64,000 nucleotides of DNA from a virus (IMGVR_UViG_3300032259_000002:1-64000); one strand, 5' to 3'. Shown: positions 28,987 through 38,856, counted from the first letter of the stretch. A program made the numbers and translations. The notes: generated by a model not told the origin, from the sequence alone.

Positions 28987-29175
28987 TTACTTAAACAATC
29001 TCCTTTGTTTAGGACTCAGGTCTTTTTTACATGACCAGCAAGTAGAATCACTTTTTCTAATAAAAGCATTACAATGCGGGCAATGCTCTTCGGTCTCTTT
29101 TGAAAAGGTATTGGTGAAGCCTCTTCTGAAATTGTTATTAACCGGCATTTGATTGCATGGAAAATCTTTATCCAT
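28987..29175 (-). CDS. Small double zinc-ribbon protein
   Basis: CPHC...CWSC. Confidence 0.55.
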   Translation of the reverse strand: MDKDFPCNQMPVNNNFRRGFTNTFSKETEEHCPHCNAFIRKSDSTCWSCKKDLSPKQRRLFK

Positions 29176-29365
29176 TATTCGCCTCCTCTAATTCTACAAA
29201 ATCCGCTACTTTATCATGAGCCTGGCTAAGCAGGTTAATCGCATCGGTAAGCAATGGATGAGCCCCCGCCCCTTCGACTGCTTCCATTGCTTTCCTTATT
29301 GCTTTTTCAGCAGGAGTGTACAAATCCATTCTATCTCTCCTTGGTATTCCATCAATCATCTTCAT
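29168..29365 (-). CDS. Small helical phage protein
   Basis: 65-aa ORF overlapping its neighbour. Confidence 0.55.
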   Translation of the reverse strand: MKMIDGIPRRDRMDLYTPAEKAIRKAMEAVEGAGAHPLLTDAINLLSQAHDKVADFVELEEANNG

Positions 29366-29372
29366 TTGTTTT

Positions 29373-29597
29373 TTACCTCATTATTTTGTTATTTATTAAT
29401 TCATCGTTATAACTAATAAACTCAACAAAATCTAAATCCACTTTTGCTATCATTGATTCAATAAGAATCAAGGCTATGGTAGTACCATTAATAGAGCCAA
29501 ATCCTATAAAGACACCTTCTTCGATTTCCCCACTCGCGTATACCGGATCTTTAATAACGCATTTTGTTCCTTCTGGTATTAATTGACTTTTAAGCAT
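29373..29597 (-). CDS. Hypothetical protein
   Basis: 74-aa ORF abutting the portal stop. Confidence 0.5.
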   Translation of the reverse strand: MLKSQLIPEGTKCVIKDPVYASGEIEEGVFIGFGSINGTTIALILIESMIAKVDLDFVEFISYNDELINNKIMR

Positions 29598-31748
29598 TTA
29601 TCTCACCACCGGTAAAGTTATGCATCTACAATTTATTACTTCAGCAGCAGGAGCACCCATATCAGTTGGGTACTTCAAAGGAGAAAGCTGGCCTACCCTT
29701 ATTCCTTTTACATACCTAAACTTTTTACCTATCTCTGCTACTGCTCCATGCAGATCATCATGGGTATCCCTAACATGCTCATCCAATGCTGTAAACCATT
29801 CATGCTCGGTTACTCCCTGTTTAAGCATATTTTCAAATCGGCCGGCATTAATCATAGAAGCTGATTCAGTTCTTGCTATGGTGGTAGCTCTACTTATTGC
29901 AAAGTTATAAACACCTTTTACCCTATCTGATAACTGGGCCACTGTTTCCCCGGCGGCTATTCCTTCCGTTAAAGTAGTTCTTAACCCGTTCTCTACCGTG
30001 GTTAACATTTCAGGTGTTATCTTTGTTATTCTAATTTCCTGATACTTAAGAAAACTTGGATCTAATGGCTCGAAAGTAAAATCAACATCAAGCTCGTCCG
30101 CTATCATCTCAGCCCCTACCTGCATTGCCACCGAATATAATGGCAATAAGGCCTTCTCTGCTTCTTTTAATTCTTTCTGCTTATCAAAAACATCATCTGT
30201 CAGGGCTCTTACTATTCCTGGGGTATAGTCCTTTTTAAAATAGTCATTAAGATTAGTAAGAACCCTTACCCTCTGCTCCATAAAGTATCTTCTTATCTTG
30301 CTCTTAAATTTCAACTCAATAGGTAGCTGCTTATCAAGGAATTGTTTCCATAGCAACTTTTCCTTTTCAGTGGGTTCCCTCTCTTCTTGTTTGGACTCAA
30401 TAAGTTTGGTTGGCTCTTCCTTTACTTTGATCTCTTTAAATTCAGCAGGAATAGATGTTAGTTTTTTATTACTTCTAAAAGCTATCGATTTTTCCTCTTC
30501 TGTTTCCTGTTCGGAACTGCTGCCAATCGGTAAAGTGTTTGCTGGAAGAAAACCAACATCTCCCCAGGCAACCTCCTCCATACCAAGATCAAGTCTTTTA
30601 TTTATGGCATTAAGGGGGTATCCCATTTTGAAAAGCTTCTCTGCATTATCTACTTTATCCGTAAAGCCTTCTTTAAGAGCAGATACCCCGCTGATATCAA
30701 ACTCACCCCATACATTACCAGCATCAATAAATTTCAAAAACTTGGAGGTAATCACTCCCTGCAAATAGGATTGCCTGGGAAGCAAGGTTCCTTCCCAGAA
30801 AGCTTTCATGGCTGCTTCCTGTCCTTCAAAACTTTTAACATCCTCAAAGAATCCCAATACTACATCATTTGTTCCGTAGGCAGTGAAGATCTCTTTCTTA
30901 TTCATTTTCTTGGATTCAATAAAATCCATGTCCTTCTGTGAGAGCTTTGTTTCTTTAAACTTTCCACCATTCTCCAGAAGACCTATCCGGTGAGCCCTGG
31001 TCACTCCCTGATGCCTGTCATTTATATAATTCAGTAATCTGGAAAACTGGCTATCAGTGAGAGATTTATCTAATTCTACAAAACCACTTATAGCAGCACC
31101 TTCTTTAAAGAAAGTTCTGTTATACACATTGGCAAAGTAATCTTGATCAGCTATTACGGCAATTGATCGATAAGGAGCTATTCCCCTGAGCGGATTATCT
31201 GGATTAAAATACTTATAATGAACTATCTCATGTAACTGAAAAGGTATCTTTGTTTTTCCATTACTGTATACCCATCCTATCAATTCTGTTTTCTCTTTAT
31301 TAAAAGCCGGCTGCATTCTAAGAGGATCTATGACAAGGATCTGTTCCGGAATAGCTGCAACATGGGGCCTTTCTATTACCCAAAAAGCTTCGCCCCTCAA
31401 GTCAAGGTAGGTCTGGGTAGCTTCCCATAATTGTTCAGAGGTTAAATGTGAGTTAGGATTATCAAATAAATCTACTAATTCCCCTTCTGTTATTTCCACC
31501 TTTTCATCATCATTGCCCTTGGTATAAAATTTAAAAGGTGTTCCGGATATATTAGTAGATATTTTCTTTACTGAAGCATATACCCAGACAGATTGAGAGT
31601 AAGGTTGAGTTATTCCCTGGGAAGCTCCCGCCAACTGACTAAATGATTTCCAAAAGGATTCGTCCCCGGCTAAGTGGGTAGGGCCGGCTTTCTTTTCATA
31701 ACCAAAAGCTCCTGCAATCCTACTTCCTATTCCTGTAAATAAACTCAA
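29598..31748 (-). CDS. HK97-type portal fused to a MuF/SPP1 gp7 head-morphogenesis domain
   Basis: WVYASVKKI, EIVHYKYFNP portal motifs; C-terminal TIARTES...WFTALD..VRDTH...INCRC. Confidence 0.88.
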   Translation of the reverse strand: MSLFTGIGSRIAGAFGYEKKAGPTHLAGDESFWKSFSQLAGASQGITQPYSQSVWVYASVKKISTNISGTPFKFYTKGNDDEKVEITEGELVDLFDNPNSHLTSEQLWEATQTYLDLRGEAFWVIERPHVAAIPEQILVIDPLRMQPAFNKEKTELIGWVYSNGKTKIPFQLHEIVHYKYFNPDNPLRGIAPYRSIAVIADQDYFANVYNRTFFKEGAAISGFVELDKSLTDSQFSRLLNYINDRHQGVTRAHRIGLLENGGKFKETKLSQKDMDFIESKKMNKKEIFTAYGTNDVVLGFFEDVKSFEGQEAAMKAFWEGTLLPRQSYLQGVITSKFLKFIDAGNVWGEFDISGVSALKEGFTDKVDNAEKLFKMGYPLNAINKRLDLGMEEVAWGDVGFLPANTLPIGSSSEQETEEEKSIAFRSNKKLTSIPAEFKEIKVKEEPTKLIESKQEEREPTEKEKLLWKQFLDKQLPIELKFKSKIRRYFMEQRVRVLTNLNDYFKKDYTPGIVRALTDDVFDKQKELKEAEKALLPLYSVAMQVGAEMIADELDVDFTFEPLDPSFLKYQEIRITKITPEMLTTVENGLRTTLTEGIAAGETVAQLSDRVKGVYNFAISRATTIARTESASMINAGRFENMLKQGVTEHEWFTALDEHVRDTHDDLHGAVAEIGKKFRYVKGIRVGQLSPLKYPTDMGAPAAEVINCRCITLPVVR

Positions 31749-31776
31749 TCTAATACCTCCTTAATAATAACTGCTA

Positions 31777-33990
31777 TCATAGCCATCTGATTCTGAAATC
31801 CGCTCTCTTACCTATATGAGTGTAATAAGCATATCTTCTTCCATCCATCAGATGGTCATTAAATTTGACCGGGGTATCCAATACTCTTCCGTTCTTATCT
31901 TCCTTCCATGAATAGCCCCTAACTTCTTTAATTAGATTAAAACTGCCTTTGAGTATTTTACAAGGAAGGGTTTTTACAAAATCAATTCCATCATTAACTG
32001 ATTTATCAGCAGGAATTATATTGAAGCCGGCTCTTCTTATTTCCTCTATTCTGTCTGGTTCAGCAGCATCAGCGTAGATAGAATCATTTTTATCTTCAAT
32101 TAGGCCTTCAAGCTTTCCTATTAAATCCTTTGTAGTATGCTCTGCTTCATAAAACAATTCCTCTTCATAAGGGACTTTATCACATATGGATATCTTAACC
32201 AGAGCAGAAGGATTATTAAAACCAAAGTCCAAGCCATAGATTACTTCATCCACATTATCAGGGACTTTATCAACCAACTCCCAATTAGAATAAATAATGT
32301 TATCTAATTTACCCCATCTACCAAGACCATAAATCTTCCATTTATTAGGGTCAATTTCTTTTAGGCTTTCAAGAAGATCTATATAGGCAGGATCAAGATA
32401 TGGATTGTCTTTATAAGTAGAATGGATATCATCTACCCCATCCATAACATCCAGTACTTTTTCTTTTAACCAATGAAATTCATCAGTAGGATTGAAGCAG
32501 GCAAATAGTTGATTTATCGGATCTCCCTTAGCTACCTTGGAAGACATTCTTAATCTTAACTGTTGGAAGTCTTCATAGGTAAACTCGGTGGCTTCCTCCA
32601 GCATTATATCATTCCAGTCAGTACTTTGACCGCACCACATAACTCTACCATCGTATCTAGTCATTATGGTGTGGTAAGGTGGTACTGTTGGGCAATAAAC
32701 CTTCCCGGAATAAGACCATCTTTTTATCTTACTAACGCTTATTTTTTCTCTGGTAGTAATGCTTATATTCCAAGCTTGTTTTGCCTTTTCAAACTGTTTT
32801 GATTTTGGCAAAGTATAAATTGTAGGAACTAGGCCTAATTTTATAGCTACCTCACATACATCATCCCGAAGTTGTGGCGATGCGGTACTATAGCAAATTC
32901 TACCAGACACATGTCGATAACCATCACCATCTACAAGTGCTTCAAATAAATGTCTTAGTAGAGATGGATGTAAATCTAATATATCTCTTGGAATATATTT
33001 TTCATAACTGAGGCCGAACTGTTTTACATAATTAGCAAGATCTTTACTATAAAAAGAAAACCTTTTAAATTTTTCACCATCTACTAATTTTATAGGGAAA
33101 TCTTTTAAATCTCTTTTTATTTTTTCCCTACCTTTTTCGTTATGCTGAGAAAGAATGACAGTATTATTGCTTAACTCACAACTACCTTCAGTCAAGTACC
33201 ATCCTAAAAATCTCAACCAAGGAATGATTGGGAATTTAACAGGTTTCTTTCCCCAGTTATTATTTTTCTTTTTATCCCAGGGTATTCTTGGTATCTCAAA
33301 ATTATTAATAATTTTTCCAGTATCCCAATTACCCTTTTGTGGAACATAAAAGAAAGAAGGTAGGTTTTCTGCTTTTACAAATCTGTAATTCTTTTTTCTT
33401 TTGGTAGATATCAGCATATGGTGTTCCGGTGTTACAGCAAATCCAGCATAGCTTTTACCATCTCCTGTTTCCGAGGCAGGGCTGATAAGATCACCATCAT
33501 AATCATATTCATGCATCTCGGAAACTTCTTTGTATTCGACTTTTAAAGTATCTGGGTTTATAGATGCTACCCTCATTCCTTTTTTTAATTCAGTAATAGA
33601 AAGAAATCCTTTATCAGTCATCACCTCCGTGTTGGGATGATAGCATTTTATTTTTTCCGGATCATCAAGAGAACCAAAATGCATCCAGTTATCTTTATAA
33701 TAATAATCCAGGGTCATCTTCTCTTCCTTGAGATGATGAGTTGCTCCCCAATTACCCCAAATTTCTTTGAAGACTTTATGAGTGGATAATTTTAATGATG
33801 GTAAGGTTTTTCTTAATATCAGTATCTTCCTCTTTCTTGCCTGAAGAAGTCTGCTTGATAGCAACTGACTGACCGAGTATGATTTAGTGGAACGGGCTCC
33901 CCCTCTATTAAATATGATAGGGGCCTCTGATTCCGCATTCCTGTAAAATACTCTAGTGGCTTCTACTTCGATTGACAATAATGCCTCCAT
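31777..33990 (-). CDS. Terminase large subunit (PBSX-like) interrupted by an intein
   Basis: RGGARSTKS Walker A; spliced junction DDPEKIK|STDWNDIMLEEATE; YGLDFG nuclease, DHLMDGRRY. Confidence 0.92.
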   Translation of the reverse strand: MEALLSIEVEATRVFYRNAESEAPIIFNRGGARSTKSYSVSQLLSSRLLQARKRKILILRKTLPSLKLSTHKVFKEIWGNWGATHHLKEEKMTLDYYYKDNWMHFGSLDDPEKIKCYHPNTEVMTDKGFLSITELKKGMRVASINPDTLKVEYKEVSEMHEYDYDGDLISPASETGDGKSYAGFAVTPEHHMLISTKRKKNYRFVKAENLPSFFYVPQKGNWDTGKIINNFEIPRIPWDKKKNNNWGKKPVKFPIIPWLRFLGWYLTEGSCELSNNTVILSQHNEKGREKIKRDLKDFPIKLVDGEKFKRFSFYSKDLANYVKQFGLSYEKYIPRDILDLHPSLLRHLFEALVDGDGYRHVSGRICYSTASPQLRDDVCEVAIKLGLVPTIYTLPKSKQFEKAKQAWNISITTREKISVSKIKRWSYSGKVYCPTVPPYHTIMTRYDGRVMWCGQSTDWNDIMLEEATEFTYEDFQQLRLRMSSKVAKGDPINQLFACFNPTDEFHWLKEKVLDVMDGVDDIHSTYKDNPYLDPAYIDLLESLKEIDPNKWKIYGLGRWGKLDNIIYSNWELVDKVPDNVDEVIYGLDFGFNNPSALVKISICDKVPYEEELFYEAEHTTKDLIGKLEGLIEDKNDSIYADAAEPDRIEEIRRAGFNIIPADKSVNDGIDFVKTLPCKILKGSFNLIKEVRGYSWKEDKNGRVLDTPVKFNDHLMDGRRYAYYTHIGKRADFRIRWL
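32626..33645 (-). mobile_element. 340-aa intein with LAGLIDADG homing endonuclease
   Basis: Starts CYHPNTEVMT, ends VMWCGQ before Ser; FLGWYLTEGS and LFEALVDGDG motifs. Confidence 0.9.
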
Positions 33991-34254
33991 AGCATTAAAA
34001 GTTTTATTTCCTGACCGGTCATTGAACCTTTATATATTGTCAATATTATTTATTCTTTTATTTACCCAATCCCAATCAATAGGCTAATACACTGTAGCAT
34101 TGAATGGTTGTTCTGCTTTTCTATCTCCACATCTTTGACACTCACTATATGTTGTAAAACCATTTGAAAGAGTATCATTTATTTTCCAATTATGAATAAT
34201 GCATTTTTTCATAACTTTTTTAATCTTAGCTATCGGTACCAATATCCACATTTA

Positions 34255-34662
34255 CTACTCCTCATCTTCCTTCTTGGGTTTTGCCGGTACAATTTTAATA
34301 TTGATAGGCTGGTCTGATACCCCGGCTAATTCACTCCTTACTACATAACCTCTTTTCTTTCCTATCCTATCTAAATGGTATTTGACTGCATCAAGGTTAC
34401 CAGCTTTGATCTTACTTACTAATTTTGATTCTGATAAATCAATTAGTCCCTCCCTGGCTTGCTCTCTTACTTCTTCCAGTTCCGGATATCTTGCTATATA
34501 ATGGATAACTGTTTGGTAAGTACATTTCAATCTCTTAGCAGCATAAGTAACCAGTCCATCAGTCTTCCTCAAAGCCTCTGCTACTTCATCCAGAGAATAC
34601 CGGTCATGCTCATTCTGTCCTGCTGCATGTCTTTTCCTTGTACGTCTTAATCTAGGTGGCAT
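34255..34662 (-). CDS. Terminase small subunit-like HTH protein
   Basis: GLVTYAAKRLKCTYQTV HTH; AVKYHLDRIGKKRGY; upstream of the large subunit. Confidence 0.75.
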   Translation of the reverse strand: MPPRLRRTRKRHAAGQNEHDRYSLDEVAEALRKTDGLVTYAAKRLKCTYQTVIHYIARYPELEEVREQAREGLIDLSESKLVSKIKAGNLDAVKYHLDRIGKKRGYVVRSELAGVSDQPINIKIVPAKPKKEDEE

Positions 34663-34986
34663 TTCCTTTTTCGCATCCTTCCTTGAGCGTATAACACCCC
34701 TTTTCCTACTTTTTTCCTACTTTTCTCTATCCTTTTATCTCTTATTACCTATATAACCTTTAATTTATTAATAACTAATATATAAATTATTCTCTATATA
34801 TTAATCAATCAATTTTTTACATTATATTATTTAACCTTTTATTTATTTTCTTTTTTAATTAGTATAAAAAATAATCTATTCTATCTCTTATTTTATGGAT
34901 ATTCCTTGATAATTCTTATTTTTATTTTTATCCGTTATATTCACTATTAAACCCACTATTCAAACTTATATTATTTAAGCAATAAA

Positions 34987-35016
34987 AAACCCTTTCCAAT
35001 ACCAAGGAAAGGGTTT
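34987..35016 (-). terminator. Terminator ending the early-gene block
   Basis: aaaccctttcc/ggaaagggttt stem with T-tract on the minus strand. Confidence 0.7.
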
Positions 35017-35076
35017 AGTAATTACTTTAATTTAATTATATCTTATGAGGACAAATAAAGACTTTTGTTATTTTAC

Positions 35077-35358
35077 TCATACCTCCTCATACCCCCATTC
35101 GATTAAATCCATCAATGTGTTGTAGATGTATTCAGACTGTTCTCTGTTTTCGCTCAACTCCTCCCATGCGTCCGTATCAACCTCAATTTGCATTTCATTA
35201 CGAACGCCTTTCATGCACGCCCAAACCTTTATTTTTACAACAATCGGCTCATAGAGTCTGCATTCTTCCGGATAGTCACTATTTATGCATTTACTGTCTT
35301 CGTGGTAGTTCCATTTTATACATTTCCTATTCCCGCACTTCTTTCCATTTCCTTTCAT
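35077..35358 (-). CDS. Small Cys-rich early protein
   Basis: 93-aa ORF with GGAGG SD. Confidence 0.55.
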   Translation of the reverse strand: MKGNGKKCGNRKCIKWNYHEDSKCINSDYPEECRLYEPIVVKIKVWACMKGVRNEMQIEVDTDAWEELSENREQSEYIYNTLMDLIEWGYEEV

Positions 35359-35369
35359 TTATTCCCTCC

Positions 35370-35549
35370 TTAAGTCTCTAATTGCCATGTTATTTTTAAC
35401 TCTTCTGGCCCGCAGTCCCAGCAATCCGCCCATATGACGTGATCTGGGACATCCCCATAATCATTATTGACCATATTGTGTAATAAGTCTTTTTCGTTTT
35501 GTGTTAGAGACTCTTCATTGTCTGCTGGTATAGGTTCCGGCACTTTCAT
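35370..35549 (-). CDS. Small early protein, 59 aa
   Basis: Manual translation MKVPEPIPADNEESLTQ...WQLET*. Confidence 0.45.
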   Translation of the reverse strand: MKVPEPIPADNEESLTQNEKDLLHNMVNNDYGDVPDHVIWADCWDCGPEELKITWQLET

Positions 35550-35559
35550 CCCTTTATAT

Positions 35560-35694
35560 TTATTTTGAGTCGTTATATTCTGGGAGAGGTATACAGTGAT
35601 AACATTTTACGCAATACAAATGCCCTCCAAAATGCCTCCCTGATGGGGTAAACCCATAGCCAACTTCCCATTTATGCTTACATCTCTCTTTCAT
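35560..35694 (-). CDS. Small zinc-finger-like protein, 44 aa
   Basis: Manual translation MKERCKHKWEVGYG...YCVKC...; ATGA overlap with the upstream stop. Confidence 0.5.
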   Translation of the reverse strand: MKERCKHKWEVGYGFTPSGRHFGGHLYCVKCYHCIPLPEYNDSK

Positions 35695-36068
35695 CCCTCC
35701 ACCTCCTTTATTCTTAATATGCCACCGAAAGGCAGCTTCATTCCATTTTCCTCTTTAAGTCTCATTTTTGCTATATCAAGTATAATACAAATATCCTCCC
35801 ATGTAGCAGGCCGTGTTGTCTCTCCGGTGCCTTCACAATCAGCGCATATAACATCTACATACCAATCATATTTACCTTTACCTCCGCACTCTCTGCACTT
35901 CCCCACATGCTCTATCATGTCTATGCTGGGGAGAAGGGATAGGATTTTGTCGGTAACTTTCCTAGGCAATGTATATCTGCATGTTTCTTGAATTTGTATA
36001 TACTCAAGGTGTATTATCTCTTCTATCTTCTCTCTAATCTCGCTCATGATCTGTCTCCTTAATGGCAT
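35691..36068 (-). CDS. Protein with DnaJ-type CxxCxGxG zinc finger
   Basis: CRECGGKG and CADCEGTG. Confidence 0.65.
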   Translation of the reverse strand: MPLRRQIMSEIREKIEEIIHLEYIQIQETCRYTLPRKVTDKILSLLPSIDMIEHVGKCRECGGKGKYDWYVDVICADCEGTGETTRPATWEDICIILDIAKMRLKEENGMKLPFGGILRIKEVEG

Positions 36069-36216
36069 TTATCTGTCAATTGCTCTTGCATCCTTTTACG
36101 CGTTTCGTCTGATACGCCACTGCACATAGGACAGTCATTTTTAGGGTGCTTGATGTTTTTCATTTCACGCCTTAATCGTTTATTCTCCGCTTTCAGTTTA
36201 TTGACAAGCTTGTGTT

Positions 36217-36558
36217 TCACTTCTCCCTCCCTCTTAGATAGTTATATACTTCAATAGGAAATACTTCGGGGTTGATAAGATATGATTTTATCATTCCATA
36301 ACTCTTTGAGTTCTCCCAATCGCACAATTTCCAGTGTTCAAATTCTGGGTACCACCAATTCTCACCCTTTGCCCAATTAAGAAGAATAAAGAAGCCTTCG
36401 GGGGAGAAGAAATCTCTTTGCTTTTTATCTTTGTTCTCATACCCACAATCCCAGCAACCATATTTGCCAAACCCAATTGGCCTGTATTTATGCCAACAAA
36501 GCCCCATTGCCTCAGTTAAATACCGGTTAATCTCTTCTTTGTTTATCTCTTCTATCAC
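36217..36558 (-). CDS. Hypothetical early protein
   Basis: 113-aa ORF, CWDC motif. Confidence 0.55.
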   Translation of the reverse strand: MIEEINKEEINRYLTEAMGLCWHKYRPIGFGKYGCWDCGYENKDKKQRDFFSPEGFFILLNWAKGENWWYPEFEHWKLCDWENSKSYGMIKSYLINPEVFPIEVYNYLRGREK

Positions 36559-36871
36559 TGGGCCTCCGGTTATCTCTTAATAACTTACTTATTACCCCAT
36601 ACTCATCTTTGCTGTGCAACAACAATTCACTTATAAAATATCCCTTGTTACTTGGTACAGGCTTCATACAACTAATGATAATATCCAAATATTTCTTATA
36701 TTTTGATTCTTCAGATTGACTGTGTGTTAAGACACAAGTTTCTTTTTCTAGTGCCTCAATCCTCTCAGCAGCTTTATAAAAAATATCACTACCCATTAAT
36801 GATCCATTTTCATTTGCTTCAATTAACCTTTTTACCAATTCGTTTGCCATAATCCCATCCTCCCTAACCAT
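36527..36871 (-). CDS. Hypothetical early protein
   Basis: 114-aa ORF. Confidence 0.55.
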   Translation of the reverse strand: MVREDGIMANELVKRLIEANENGSLMGSDIFYKAAERIEALEKETCVLTHSQSEESKYKKYLDIIISCMKPVPSNKGYFISELLLHSKDEYGVISKLLRDNRRPSDRRDKQRRD

Positions 36872-37157
36872 TTTCTAGCCACACTGCTTAACTTTGATAA
36901 TTCCTCTATTGCTTCTGCCTCTTCTTTGATTGGATTCCCCATGATAACCCCCTGGTTAAGGTTTTAACTATCCGTTTCCCTATCTTCAAAATCAATGAAC
37001 TCAGAACACTTTTTGGTGTCCCATCTCAATTTGCAATGATTGTCTTCTTTTTCATCAAAATGTTTACAGTCCATATTCCAACATTCTTTTATATCTTCCT
37101 TCCAATCCTTCTTAACCATCATCTTTCCCCTTTCCGTGTAGCCGCCTGTGATACCTA

Positions 37158-37388
37158 CTAGTCCCTTCCCTTCTTTGCTCTTTCCAGAACGGCAATAAAC
37201 CCCTCTTGTTTTTCAGGCATTGCTAAGTATCCCCTCAAGCATTTATTCACAAAATGGAGAGCAAGTCTAGCTTGAGATTCGCTCATTCCGCAAATAATTT
37301 TAGTCGCCTTTTCAAATCTCTCTTTATCTTGTTTGCGTAAAACTGGCATTATGTCTTTTATTCCCTTTAACGCTTTATCACTCATCAC
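37158..37388 (-). CDS. Hypothetical early protein
   Basis: 76-aa ORF overlapping the HTH gene. Confidence 0.5.
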   Translation of the reverse strand: MMSDKALKGIKDIMPVLRKQDKERFEKATKIICGMSESQARLALHFVNKCLRGYLAMPEKQEGFIAVLERAKKGRD

Positions 37389-37611
37389 TCTCCCCTTTCT
37401 TATCCCTTAAATATTTATACCAACTGTCAAGTAATCCTTGCTCGTTCAGCCATAGTAAACATTTTACATGAGTTCTGGCTATTGCCGGGGGCTTCTGTTC
37501 TCCGCGCTCCCACTTTACCCATGTCATTCTGTGTATGCCGCATAAGTCAGCCATTTTTTGTTGGGTGAGGCCCAGCGTTTGCCGAGCCTCTTTGAAATTA
37601 TTGTCTTTCAT
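37378..37611 (-). CDS. XRE-family HTH regulator
   Basis: FKEARQTLGLTQQKMADLCGIHRMTWVKWERG. Confidence 0.85.
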   Translation of the reverse strand: MKDNNFKEARQTLGLTQQKMADLCGIHRMTWVKWERGEQKPPAIARTHVKCLLWLNEQGLLDSWYKYLRDKKGESDE

Positions 37612-37728
37612 AGTCTTTTATAAACTCTTTTTTTGTTCTTCCGTTCAGTTTCCCGATAAAAACATAAGCTTTTTGCCTTTTGTCATACTCGTACACGCTA
37701 TCATATTGGTCAAACCTATACTTTTCCA

Positions 37729-38049
37729 TTAGAACATCTCCTTTATCATTTTGTCAGTATCGAATTTCATATAATTATTTTCACGAAATGCTTCGCATAA
37801 TTCCTTGTTTACGGTGACTTTTACGTCTACGCTTGAAGAGTTGTAAGCGCCGTTATCATCGTCATATTTAGCATGTTTTACTATAACTGCTTTTTTATTT
37901 GAGTAATCTTTTTCACATAAAACAACTATACTTCTCGGAGTATGCCCGTTTAATTCTGTTTCTATTTCGAATTTCTCGCCTTTCTGTGTAAGAACTATGG
38001 TACAATTCCCTTTCTTGCTGTAGCCTATAGAATAAAAATGATACCTCAT
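37729..38049 (-). CDS. Hypothetical early protein
   Basis: 106-aa ORF, ATGA coupling. Confidence 0.55.
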   Translation of the reverse strand: MRYHFYSIGYSKKGNCTIVLTQKGEKFEIETELNGHTPRSIVVLCEKDYSNKKAVIVKHAKYDDDNGAYNSSSVDVKVTVNKELCEAFRENNYMKFDTDKMIKEMF

Positions 38050-38243
38050 TCCTTTTCCTCCGTATTGGTGAATATAACCATATCAGTTGAATTAGAATCC
38101 AAAGCTGCTATTACTGTATTGGTATCACTATACAAATTTATTACATTATCACCAGCAACAGATGAAAAAAGAACTTCAAATCCATAAGATTTAATTACTT
38201 TTCTTGCCTGCTCCTCTGATCTCACATTACTAATTAATTCCAT
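38046..38243 (-). CDS. Hypothetical early protein
   Basis: 65-aa ORF with GGAGG SD. Confidence 0.55.
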   Translation of the reverse strand: MELISNVRSEEQARKVIKSYGFEVLFSSVAGDNVINLYSDTNTVIAALDSNSTDMVIFTNTEEKE

Positions 38244-38256
38244 TATCTGATACCTC

Positions 38257-38487
38257 CTACCAAACCCTTCCGGAAAAACTAAGGGATTCGTTATTAAATT
38301 TATTTACCAAAGAATTGGCAGCGGAATAATTCAATTTAGAAATAACAAGAACTTCCTTATTAGTAGAAAGCTCTTTAATGATTACTGGATAGTCAGTTCT
38401 CTTTGTGTCCGCCATAGGACGAGAAGCTAAATACCTAATTCCTTTTTCCAGTGTTATTCTGTGTTTTCCTATCATTTTTGTTTTCAT
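38257..38487 (-). CDS. Hypothetical early protein
   Basis: 76-aa ORF with SD. Confidence 0.55.
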   Translation of the reverse strand: MKTKMIGKHRITLEKGIRYLASRPMADTKRTDYPVIIKELSTNKEVLVISKLNYSAANSLVNKFNNESLSFSGRVW

Positions 38488-38499
38488 TTTCTCCCCCTT

Positions 38500-38691
38500 T
38501 TATAAATACAAGTCCATTTCTTCGTCTGTCATGTCTTCTTTTACCGAGATAACAGAGTTTAATTCATTGTGACTTGTTTTTTGCTCGTAATCATCGCAGT
38601 TTCCATTATCAAGCTCCCACTCCTCAACTTCTAACGCACATGAACCCCTTAACCACGATTTGCAATTTTCGCACTGTCTTACTGTTTTCAT
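38500..38691 (-). CDS. Small Cys-rich early protein
   Basis: CENC..C..C; first gene after promoter copy 2. Confidence 0.55.
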   Translation of the reverse strand: MKTVRQCENCKSWLRGSCALEVEEWELDNGNCDDYEQKTSHNELNSVISVKEDMTDEEMDLYL

Positions 38692-38705
38692 GTTCCTTCT
38701 CCTTG

Positions 38706-38765
38706 GTTTAGGTTTCTCTTAACTCTTAAATATATTATATTATATTAGGAAACCCAATGCAAGGG
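38706..38765 (-). promoter_or_regulatory. Sigma70-type early promoter, copy 2
   Basis: 60 bp identical to 1257-1316. Confidence 0.85.
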
Positions 38766-38801
38766 GAAAATACATTTATTTTAAAAATAATTTAAAAATA
38801 A

Positions 38802-38827
38802 AAAAGCCCTTCAGTTGAAGGGCTTTT
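38802..38827 (-). terminator. Terminator ending the replication operon
   Basis: aaaagcccttc/gaagggctttt stem, 4-nt loop. Confidence 0.8.
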
Positions 38828-38856
38828 ACTATAAACATGATAATCAAATACAGTCA

